Below are positions 27,287 to 34,905 of a DNA stretch of 64,000 nt, piece after piece (position 1 is the stretch's first letter; each line of letters begins with the position of its first letter). The notes beneath the pieces are model-generated. The model was not told the DNA's origin. It ran no database searches and was given only the letters and a program-made list of their open reading frames with translations. This DNA comes from a virus: IMG/VR virus record IMGVR_UViG_3300008119_000003, positions 32,001 through 96,000 of that record; one strand, 5' to 3'. The position numbers were made by a program, and so were the translations under genes.

Positions 27287-27492
27287 CGATAGTTAAAATA
27301 GAAGATTTCCCGTAAACACTGGTGTTTCATCGATGGACGAATCGCACTTTGCTCGGTAGGAAATCTCGCTAAATAGACTAAATCGGGAGGACACCGATGA
27401 TGACGATGATAGTAAATATCGTCAGTCTCGCTACTTTGATAAAAAATAAAGGAACAGTTCCCGATGTACTTATCGAGGAACCGTCCCTGTGG

Positions 27493-27524
27493 AAAAAAGA
27501 AAACAACCGATTAAGGTTGTTTTC
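27493..27524 (-). terminator. Intrinsic terminator
   Basis: Perfect GAAAACAACC/GGTTGTTTTC stem followed by T6 on the minus strand. Confidence 0.8.
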
Positions 27525-27541
27525 AGGTACGAGGAATAGGG

Positions 27542-28057
27542 TTAGTTGAACGGGTCGATATCATCGTCCGAACCGTCTGCTCCGTTCTCGTTAACGGATA
27601 CAGTCGCCATAATCTTGGCTATTTCCGCCTTACGAGCGTTAGCCAATTTATCGCGTTGGACGATTAAGTCTTCGGCATCGGAATCATATCCCGCCTTCTT
27701 GGCTTCGTTGATTTCTATCCATAACTCGTCGGCCTTGGTCCATACAGGCTTCTTTGCTCCCGTTGCCTTATCGGTAACGATGATGCGTTTCATATCGCAA
27801 CCCGCAGGCACGAATTGTGAAGTACGCAAAAGTTGCAAGCCCGTCCCTGTGGACAAATCTCCTTCGCCGTCGTCGAATATAGGCTGATGGCCTGCATCGA
27901 GGCTATCTTGCTTATACTGTTCAACGGCTAACTTGTTAGAACTTGGAAGTATGTAATAGAAATGCATCTTATACTTCTCACCTGTTTCATCGTTAGTACG
28001 TGTAATAGGTCCTGTTGGTCGCTTCGCAACTCTTAACACTTGTTTGTTCTCGCTCAT
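27542..28057 (-). CDS. Early hypothetical protein with acidic ...DDDIDPFN tail; probable distant paralogue of 26763-27179
   Basis: 171 aa; shared F.Y...EQ.K / EYK...TG..L pattern and tail. Confidence 0.75.
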   Translation of the reverse strand: MSENKQVLRVAKRPTGPITRTNDETGEKYKMHFYYILPSSNKLAVEQYKQDSLDAGHQPIFDDGEGDLSTGTGLQLLRTSQFVPAGCDMKRIIVTDKATGAKKPVWTKADELWIEINEAKKAGYDSDAEDLIVQRDKLANARKAEIAKIMATVSVNENGADGSDDDIDPFN

Positions 28058-28089
28058 TTTGTGAGGTTTTTGGGGTTATTAATTCAATT

Positions 28090-28116
28090 AGGAAAGGGCA
28101 ACAAAAATAAATAATG
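28090..28116 (-). promoter_or_regulatory. Repeated early-region motif, copy 2
   Basis: Minus strand CATTATTTATTTTTGTTGCCCTTTCCT, same spacing as copy 1. Confidence 0.55.
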
Positions 28117-28345
28117 CGTAGCAGGCGTAGGACGGTAGGAGGACGAGGATTGATGATAGTAACCCCTCGTTATGTCGATGCATTAGCCGTCGCGTACGTA
28201 AAATAAATAGTGATGGAACAGCCCCCGATTCATTTGTATAGGAATAAGATCGAGGAATAAGATATAGGAATGAGATCGAGGAAACGGAGTGAACAATAAG
28301 ACGAGCCATTACGGCCCGCCCTACTGTCTTCACCTATGATATACC

Positions 28346-28561
28346 TTACAGCCCGCGTCTACCTTTCTCAAGGTAATCTCGATGACTTAATGGTTTATCC
28401 ATATAGTTACGGTGATTCATTACCACCACTTTGCCAACGGCTTCGTGATGATGACTACTTGTAACTACATAGCCTTCGTCTTCTTTAGCCTTAACTAAAT
28501 CAGACAAAGGAATGTCTTGCGCAAGCGCTTGGTCTTCTGTGACCCAAATCTTCTTTTCCAT
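28346..28561 (-). CDS. Small hypothetical protein
   Basis: 71 aa; leader TTAATTAATCCTATACCT-ATG. Confidence 0.65.
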   Translation of the reverse strand: MEKKIWVTEDQALAQDIPLSDLVKAKEDEGYVVTSSHHHEAVGKVVVMNHRNYMDKPLSHRDYLEKGRRGL

Positions 28562-28575
28562 AGGTATAGGATTAA

Positions 28576-28611
28576 TTAATTAAAAAAGAAAAGGGATTGC
28601 TCCCTTCTCTC
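28576..28611 (-). terminator. Terminator-like hairpin fused to a TTAATTAA leader
   Basis: Minus strand AGAGAGAAGGGA-GCAA-TCCCTTTTCTTTTTTAATTAA. Confidence 0.65.
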
Positions 28612-28671
28612 TGACGCCTTGCTATAGGTGACGCCTACCGCTTCGGTCCTATGTTATCAGGACTTGGACTC

Positions 28672-28884
28672 TTAATCATCTGCTTCCACAGACCAAAATA
28701 TCAGTATGACTAATATGGCGAGGAAAGACAGTATCGCCATATATTCAGCCGAATGTATACAATTGAGATAGATATTCAAATCTCCAAAGATGATACAGCC
28801 GATTAAAGCAGGTGACACGATGATAGTAACATAGATTAGAGCGGTTATCCCAACGGCTCTAAAAAAACTTGTTAATGTTTTCAT
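28672..28884 (-). CDS. Small two-TM membrane protein
   Basis: Start set at MKTLTSFF; two hydrophobic helices. Confidence 0.65.
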   Translation of the reverse strand: MKTLTSFFRAVGITALIYVTIIVSPALIGCIIFGDLNIYLNCIHSAEYMAILSFLAILVILIFWSVEADD

Positions 28885-28894
28885 ATAGGTGTTA

Positions 28895-28931
28895 TTAATT
28901 AAAAAAGAAAAGGGCTTATTAGCCACCCTTT
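28895..28931 (-). terminator. Terminator-like hairpin fused to a TTAATTAA leader
   Basis: Minus strand AAAGGGTGGCT-AATA-AGCCCTTTTCTTTTTTAATTAA. Confidence 0.6.
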
Positions 28932-29014
28932 ATGAGTAACGCTCTACGTTACAGGCTATGCATTGCAACCTTGCATAAGGGACGAGTTTGTATACAGGTA
29001 TCTCGTCAACCTGT
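28927..29014 (-). ncRNA. Candidate structured RNA: H-type pseudoknot followed by a three-way junction
   Basis: Crossing stems ACAGGT/ACCTGT and GACGAG/CTCGTC; CCTTATG/CATAAAGG encloses AGGTTG/TAGCCT and GTAACG/CGTTAC hairpins. Confidence 0.45.
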
Positions 29015-29018
29015 TTGC

Positions 29019-29114
29019 TTATTCAGCAAGTTCTGAATACGATTCCAACTCTTCCATAGAGTTTGGCTCGCGACCATATTCTTTCACGAATAGGTCCCAC
29101 AATAATCCCATCAT
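29019..29114 (-). CDS. Small ORF (31 aa)
   Basis: Manual translation MMGLLWDLFVKEYGREPNSMEELESYSELAE. Confidence 0.5.
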   Translation of the reverse strand: MMGLLWDLFVKEYGREPNSMEELESYSELAE

Positions 29115-29165
29115 ATCGGTGAATATTAGGCATTACATCGGTTAGTTATAGTCAACCGATTTAAC

Positions 29166-29206
29166 TTAAAAAAGAAAAGGGCAAACCATATTGGTCTACC
29201 CTTTTC
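29166..29206 (-). terminator. Intrinsic terminator
   Basis: Minus strand GAAAAGGGTAGACCA-ATA-TGGTTTGCCCTTTTC-TTTTTTAA. Confidence 0.8.
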
Positions 29207-29225
29207 AGTTAGTTAACGATTACCA

Positions 29226-29660
29226 TTAGAATGGCAAGCCGTCGTCTTCGTCCGTCATCCAATTGTAGACACGAGACTCGTTCCGTTGCAACCGCTCCCT
29301 AATCATAGCGATATGAATAGGTTCGTACCACGGATTGTTCATACGCAAACGCGTTGCTTCGGTTTCCATAACTTCCGCTCTCGCTTCGTTAATGGCATCC
29401 TTAACAACCTGTGCTTCGTTAAACACAGTCGTTGCAAATTCGTAATATGCATATGTCTTACCCTTCCTACTCTCGACAAGTCGAGAATGAAGGTTCATAC
29501 GCAAATTCGCGTTGTTATCCCGTTTGTCTTCGATGAAGCATCGAAGCAAATCAAATTGGTTAACGCGCAACTTAACAGTGTATAGGTTGAAACCCATCAC
29601 ATTCATAGTGTCGTACCCGAAGGTGGCGGAAACACTTGTCGCCTTTGCAGTTTTTGCCAT
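29226..29660 (-). CDS. First gene of the leftward arm; acidic ...EDDGLPF tail
   Basis: 144 aa; leader TTAATTAACATCCT-ATG. Confidence 0.75.
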   Translation of the reverse strand: MAKTAKATSVSATFGYDTMNVMGFNLYTVKLRVNQFDLLRCFIEDKRDNNANLRMNLHSRLVESRKGKTYAYYEFATTVFNEAQVVKDAINEARAEVMETEATRLRMNNPWYEPIHIAMIRERLQRNESRVYNWMTDEDDGLPF

Positions 29661-29677
29661 AGGATGTTAATTAAAGC

Positions 29678-29743
29678 AAGGAAGGGCAACCCCCGATGCA
29701 ACTTTTTTTTGCTACTCTAAAAAAATAATAAATGAGAGAACAG
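29678..29743 (-). promoter_or_regulatory. Repeated early-region motif, copy 3 (split)
   Basis: Minus strand CTGTTCTCTCATTTATTATTT ... GTTGCCCTTCCTT. Confidence 0.5.
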
Positions 29744-29766
29744 TTTTAGCTTCGTCTCCCGTTTCA

Positions 29767-29920
29767 AGGGGGGTACCCCCGAAGAATTTTTGAAGCCGGG
29801 GAATTTTCAATAGGGATCCCCTACATCCTCTCCTACAATAGTTTTCCCCTACACCAGGGGGTAAGTTCGCCCTTACGTGTACCCGGGGTATGTCCCGTGG
29901 AACCTTATTACCCGGGGGTT
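29767..29920. other. G/C-run-rich palindromic segment at the strand switch (candidate terminus, packaging site or origin)
   Basis: GGGGGTACCCCC (29769-29780), GGGATCCC and TACCCGGGG twice, in an otherwise AT-rich genome. Confidence 0.45.
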
Positions 29921-29923
29921 ATT

Positions 29924-30471
29924 TGTCCAGTTTTTTGTGTAATAAACTTGACATTCTTATATGCCCCTACATATAGATAAGCCGTATATCGAATTACTAT
30001 ATGCCGGCGCATGTAATTTCTGGAAAAATTCATGCAGTAATTCGGGAAACTTCCGAGTTTGTCCATGTTTTGTTACGGAGTTTGGCATTCTATAAGTCGC
30101 CAATACTCCTAGAATTTTCCAGTAATGGCGGATTAGCGCATACCCCTTGGGGATTATTTTCCACTAAAAGCCTGATTCTGTAGATTATTTTCCACAATGC
30201 TTGTCGCAAGAGTTTACTATATATGAGACAGATGTTATAAACCACATCTAACTCATACCCTTCCGGGTACGGAGTATATTCTCCATACAGGATAATGTCC
30301 CTTACAGGGTATAAAACTGAGGTTTCTTGTTTTTTATAAACCACATTATAGTATGGTATACTATACATTATCTAGAAAAACTAGGGGTTTTGACTGTTAT
30401 ATCATACTTTAGTGTGGTAACAATTTTACGCTAAATTTGTTACGAGACAGAACTTTGTATATATTTGTCTC
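29924..30471. repeat. Dense array of unrelated short inverted repeats plus two 13-bp direct repeats
   Basis: More than ten back-to-back palindromes; GATTATTTTCCAC twice and TTATAAACCACAT twice. Confidence 0.6.
30460..30467 (+). promoter_or_regulatory. TAnnTTTG -7 box starting the rightward arm
   Basis: TATATTTG ending 22 nt before ATG 30490, with TTTG upstream at ~30436. Confidence 0.65.
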
Positions 30472-30489
30472 AGCTAAACCAATAAACAT

Positions 30490-30780
30490 ATGTCAGCATT
30501 TAAAGAATTACGCGGTAAACGCATCCTAGTTACTAAGCCGGTTGCAGAAACAAAGTCTCTTATCGAGATCACTCCTGAGGTTCAGGCAGAGTTAGACAGA
30601 GAGATGATGAGCAAGTGGACTCGTCTTACTGTATTTGCAGTAGGTACTGAGGTTACTGATATTAAATCTGGTGACCAGGTTTATATTAACGCTAGTATGC
30701 TAGCTAATGCTGAACTTATTCAGTTAGACGGAGTTGACTACATGATGGTTCTTGACCATGCTGTAGCAATTGTCTACTAA
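30490..30780 (+). CDS. GroES/Cpn10-like co-chaperonin
   Basis: LRGKRILV...VFAVGTEVTDIKSGDQV...DGVDYMMV...AIV matches the Cpn10 pattern. Confidence 0.75.
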   Translation: MSAFKELRGKRILVTKPVAETKSLIEITPEVQAELDREMMSKWTRLTVFAVGTEVTDIKSGDQVYINASMLANAELIQLDGVDYMMVLDHAVAIVY

Positions 30781-30796
30781 GAGCTACCTTAACTAA

Positions 30797-30871
30797 TAGG
30801 GTCTACTTTACTCCAAACGCTTTTTATCTCGGGATAGAATCGCGCTCGTAATGTAGGCCCTACTTTTTTTT
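30797..30871 (+). terminator. Long hairpin terminator
   Basis: TAGGGTCTAC...GTAGGCCCTA followed by T8, with extended inner pairing. Confidence 0.65.
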
Positions 30872-30892
30872 GTCCTGCTTCTAAAATTATTG

Positions 30893-30900
30893 TATCTTTG
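30893..30900 (+). promoter_or_regulatory. TAnnTTTG -7 box
   Basis: TATCTTTG ending 4 nt before ATG 30905. Confidence 0.55.
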
Positions 30901-30904
30901 ATAT

Positions 30905-31195
30905 ATGAGAAATAGTCTAGCCGGAAAATCCACAGGTAAATCTAAGTCTGCTAAGTACTTTGCTGCTAATCCAGAGGCTCGTGCTAAAAAGAATGCTTAT
31001 AATAAAGAGTATCATTCTGATCCTAGCCGAGTTAACTACCGTGAAGATTTAAACAGCGCTAATCGCAAAGCTAAGACATACGGTAATGGCGATGGTAAAG
31101 ACATGTCTCATACCAAAGCCGGGAAACTTGTAAAGGAATCTCGCTCTACTAACCGAGCTCGTAACGGAAAAGGAAACAATAAAAGACTTAAGTAA
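30905..31195 (+). CDS. Small basic protein, minimal HNH-like
   Basis: GDGKDMSH...STNRARNG. Confidence 0.6.
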   Translation: MRNSLAGKSTGKSKSAKYFAANPEARAKKNAYNKEYHSDPSRVNYREDLNSANRKAKTYGNGDGKDMSHTKAGKLVKESRSTNRARNGKGNNKRLK

Positions 31196-31632
31196 TGGCA
31201 CAACCACCTAATAACTTCTTTGCTACAAATATATTTAGACAACCTGATCCGGTATCAACACCTACAGGATCACCATTGGTTATTACTATAAACCCTTTTG
31301 CGGAAGGTATTACAGACTATACCTTGAGCTGTGCTATACTAGGTAGTTATGTTACATACTTTAATATAGTAGGTCCTACTATAGGTGGTACATTTACTTT
31401 TTACGTACCTAGTGTTGCAGGTTTACTAGGTCAGACTATTACTGTAAAGAATAGTGCTGATTACACAGTTAATATAGTACCATCTACTAATGCCCTTATT
31501 GATGAAGGTGCTTATTCCAATATTGCAGTTAAAAAACCAGGAAGTACTGGAGAAATAGGAGCGGCTACATTAATGGCTAATCCTACAAATGATGACAGTT
31601 GGTATGTTGTTAACACATTTACACAGATCTAA
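31195..31632 (+). CDS. Putative virion or tail accessory protein
   Basis: Beta-rich; PSVAGLLGQTITVKN...W motif seen in fibre-associated domains. Confidence 0.55.
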   Translation: MAQPPNNFFATNIFRQPDPVSTPTGSPLVITINPFAEGITDYTLSCAILGSYVTYFNIVGPTIGGTFTFYVPSVAGLLGQTITVKNSADYTVNIVPSTNALIDEGAYSNIAVKKPGSTGEIGAATLMANPTNDDSWYVVNTFTQI

Positions 31633-32018
31633 TGGCTACTATAAATAACCGTTTTGAGAACGAGACCCTTGAGCGTCTCCGCACAATATTAACCACATTA
31701 GCTACCACCTTGAACGTAGAAATAGTTGACCCAGCTACCGGACTCCCTATGACTCCGGCTTATGACTCCAGCGTAGTTGCTGTAGGAGATGCAGTAGAAG
31801 CACTTAATGAGTCTGTAATATTACTTAGAAGAATAGCTAAACTTCTTGAGCCAATGGCTACACAGGATACTAACCAAAGACAAAGGATTGTTATTGATAA
31901 TTCCGTTGTACAACTCACAACAAACCCTACGTCTATGGGTAATGTTGATACAAGATTTATGATTGCAGACTGGGCAAGAACAGCTTATAACACAGGGATA
32001 AGAGCAAAATTAACTTAA
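31632..32018 (+). CDS. Hypothetical (virion) protein
   Basis: 128 aa, coupled to the fibre-like gene. Confidence 0.6.
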   Translation: MATINNRFENETLERLRTILTTLATTLNVEIVDPATGLPMTPAYDSSVVAVGDAVEALNESVILLRRIAKLLEPMATQDTNQRQRIVIDNSVVQLTTNPTSMGNVDTRFMIADWARTAYNTGIRAKLT

Positions 32019-32019
32019 T

Positions 32020-34836
32020 ATGCCAATTACTAATAACCTTAAAAAGCAAATAGACCAACCTGTATGGGAGTGGACTAGGTTTGCTTTAACTACTTTTAAC
32101 TCTGCCGCAGCAGGATTTGCAACAGCTATAGACGGATCGGATAGATATATTTATTATCAATATCCAGGTATTTTCCAAAGATATGATACTTGGAGTGATA
32201 CATGGGCATCATTGACTCCTCCAACTTGGTATGCTTCTGTTACAATAGCGTCAATGGTTTACTCTAAATCTCAAGGAAATAGAGGTAAAGTATTAGCAGG
32301 TGGAGCAAGTACTATAACTATTCCATCTCTTATATCAGGTGCTAAATTAGTTGGGCAAAAGATTAGAATTACAGCAGGTACTGGAGCAGAGCAAACTAGA
32401 ACTATATCAGCGGCTAGTGATCCAATAACAGTTGAATCAGGAGTTCAAACAGGTGGTAATGCTAATAGTATTATAGACACCACTAAAAGATGGCAAATTA
32501 ACCAATGGGTTGGATATACAGTTAGAATTGTATTCCAAGGTACTAACGTTGCTATTCAAAGAACTGTAATGTACAATGATACTAATACATTGTACTTTAT
32601 AGATATTAACTTACAGCAATATGATCCATGGGATAACCAAGGTTTTCCTGCTGCTTTCTCAACTAGCACTTATTCTACTTATGAAATAGCTGCTCAAACA
32701 GTAACTGTAAGTTCTCCATTTACTATTGCCCCAACTACCGATAGTAGATTTATGATTATGTCTGGGGTTATTTGGTTAATGTCCTCAGCATCAGGGGCCC
32801 CATTCTTTACATGGCAAATGTATGATATACTTACAGATGTTTGGTATCAAAAAACAATGCCTCAAAACTTATTTGCTGCAGGAATAGGTGTAGAAATAGC
32901 CATTACCCCTATAGATGAAGTTGAAGCTGCTTATATATCTAGTACAGCAACAGCAGCTACTAATAGAACTTTGACTGATTCTACATTAACTCTTACTACT
33001 GACCAATATCGTAATTACCAAATCAGGACTACAGGTGGTACAGGTGCTGGGCAAAGAAGAAGAATTGTATCTAACCGTGCTACTACATTTGAAGTAGATG
33101 CTAAATGGGATGTTACTCCAAATGCAACTACTACCTATGAAATTTGGCCAGATACTGATCTTATACACTTTGTTGGTGCTTCCCAATCTGTGCATATGAT
33201 ATACAACGTAGAAGCAGACTTATGGTCTACGGGTCCTCACTTTGATTATGGTGTTGTTACAAATGCTAGTATAAGTAAAGTAGGAGAATTACCAATTGGT
33301 ATTGCCTCAGCAATAGATGCTGGAACAGGTTCTGTAACAACAGTTGTTGTAAATGCGGCAGGATCAGGATATGCTGTAAATGATATTATTCAAATATCTG
33401 GAGGCGGTGCTAACTGCCGTCTTTATGTTACATCAACTACTACAGCAGGTGGCGTTACAGGAGTTGCATTTAAAAATAATGGGTCAGGATATGCTACATC
33501 TACTGCTACTGCGACAACAGCAGTATCAGGCACAGGATCTGGATGCACTATAAATGTAACTGCTATTGGAAGAACAGGTTTAGTTTCAACTAGTATAAAT
33601 CATTTCCTTAAAGTAGGAGATAGTGTAACAATTGCAGGATCTTCCGTAGCAGGGTGGAATGGAACTTATACAATTTTAAGTGTTGATACCAATACTAATT
33701 TTACTATAGCAAGTACAGCAACAGCATCTCTTACAGCAACCTCTGCTAATAGCACAGTTCTTTTAGTAGATAGTGTAAAAAATTGGGATGTTAACGAACA
33801 CGTTGGAAAATTTGTATTTATAGCAGCAAATGCAATTCAACCTGCGACTCAAATGAGACGGATAACATCTAATACTGCTAACACTATTACAGTACCTGCA
33901 TTTACGGCATTTACTCCTACATCAGGAACAACTAGATATATAATTATTGACCCTGCATCTTACGGAAGAGATGTTAAGTTTTTAACAGATAATCAATTGT
34001 CTTGGGGATATCCAACAAGTGGAACTACAACCTCTATTGTAGATACAACTAAGAACTGGATTAGAGGTACATGGGTAGGTCACGCTGTAAGGATTACAGC
34101 AGGTACAGGGCTTGGAAATGAGTTAACAATTACTGCTAACAACAACAATACTCTAACTTTTGCTACCGCATCATTTACTCCAGATACTACTACTCGTTAT
34201 GAGATAATGGACACATTTGGGACTGCTACATCAGGAGCAGGAAATACTTTAACAGATACTACTAAAAACTGGGTAACTAACCAATGGCTTGGTAAACGTA
34301 TAAGAATTATAGGAGGGACAGGAGCTGGAACAGAACTTAGTATTACTAGCAATACAGCAACAGCCATAACTTTCTCTGGAGCTACTCCTGATAATACATC
34401 TAACTATGTAATTCTTGGTCCTCCTGTAAGGGGTGCTGGAACTAATCTTAAATGGTTGTGGGGTAATGGCAATCATAAATACCTATTCTCCCCACTTGGT
34501 TCAGCAACAATAGGTGTGACAAAAATTGATCTTACTACAGGTATATGTGATTACTGGTATCAGAACTCTGGTCAAGGTGAAACATTTACCACAGGATCTA
34601 TGTGGGCATATGATGGTGCAGATAGAGTATATGTTCAAAAAGATGCTACAGGCCGTATATTCTACTTTGACATGGTTAAAAGAGAAATGGTTAACTCAGG
34701 AACTGTGCCTTATGGTATGTCTACTGCATTTGTAGGAAATAGAATGGAGATAATTAAAACCGAGGATGGTTTGAAGTATCTTTATGTGGCGAGACATAAT
34801 GCTACAGAAATGTGGAGAACTTTGGTATTTTGGTAA
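32020..34836 (+). CDS. Large Thr/Gly-rich virion protein (propeller-like with six internal beta repeats); putative receptor-binding protein
   Basis: Repeats such as GTATSGAGNTLTDTTKNWVTNQWLGKRIRIIGGTGAG; YD...D.W blade motifs. Confidence 0.7.
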   Translation: MPITNNLKKQIDQPVWEWTRFALTTFNSAAAGFATAIDGSDRYIYYQYPGIFQRYDTWSDTWASLTPPTWYASVTIASMVYSKSQGNRGKVLAGGASTITIPSLISGAKLVGQKIRITAGTGAEQTRTISAASDPITVESGVQTGGNANSIIDTTKRWQINQWVGYTVRIVFQGTNVAIQRTVMYNDTNTLYFIDINLQQYDPWDNQGFPAAFSTSTYSTYEIAAQTVTVSSPFTIAPTTDSRFMIMSGVIWLMSSASGAPFFTWQMYDILTDVWYQKTMPQNLFAAGIGVEIAITPIDEVEAAYISSTATAATNRTLTDSTLTLTTDQYRNYQIRTTGGTGAGQRRRIVSNRATTFEVDAKWDVTPNATTTYEIWPDTDLIHFVGASQSVHMIYNVEADLWSTGPHFDYGVVTNASISKVGELPIGIASAIDAGTGSVTTVVVNAAGSGYAVNDIIQISGGGANCRLYVTSTTTAGGVTGVAFKNNGSGYATSTATATTAVSGTGSGCTINVTAIGRTGLVSTSINHFLKVGDSVTIAGSSVAGWNGTYTILSVDTNTNFTIASTATASLTATSANSTVLLVDSVKNWDVNEHVGKFVFIAANAIQPATQMRRITSNTANTITVPAFTAFTPTSGTTRYIIIDPASYGRDVKFLTDNQLSWGYPTSGTTTSIVDTTKNWIRGTWVGHAVRITAGTGLGNELTITANNNNTLTFATASFTPDTTTRYEIMDTFGTATSGAGNTLTDTTKNWVTNQWLGKRIRIIGGTGAGTELSITSNTATAITFSGATPDNTSNYVILGPPVRGAGTNLKWLWGNGNHKYLFSPLGSATIGVTKIDLTTGICDYWYQNSGQGETFTTGSMWAYDGADRVYVQKDATGRIFYFDMVKREMVNSGTVPYGMSTAFVGNRMEIIKTEDGLKYLYVARHNATEMWRTLVFW

Positions 34837-34905
34837 ACTGTTGCATAATTACCTATTCCTTTGTATATTAGTATATAAATATTTATAACTCAAACCTTTA
34901 AAGAA

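Noticed and set aside
27481-27853. 13-bp direct repeat CCGTCCCTGTGGA at 27481 and 27841
   Set aside because: A single short pair with one copy inside a CDS and no associated mobile-element features; plausibly chance.
28088-28333. 81-aa minus-strand ORF
   Set aside because: Atypical composition, and it runs through the repeated upstream motif; probably non-coding.
28612-28670. Hammerhead-like CTGATAA on the minus strand and a TGACGCCT direct repeat
   Set aside because: Lacks the CUGANGA and GAAA core and the three-stem arrangement.
30001-30368. ORFs 30001-30183 (+) and 30090-30368 (-)
   Set aside because: No recognisable motifs or typical leader, and they lie in the palindrome-dense segment; treated as non-coding.
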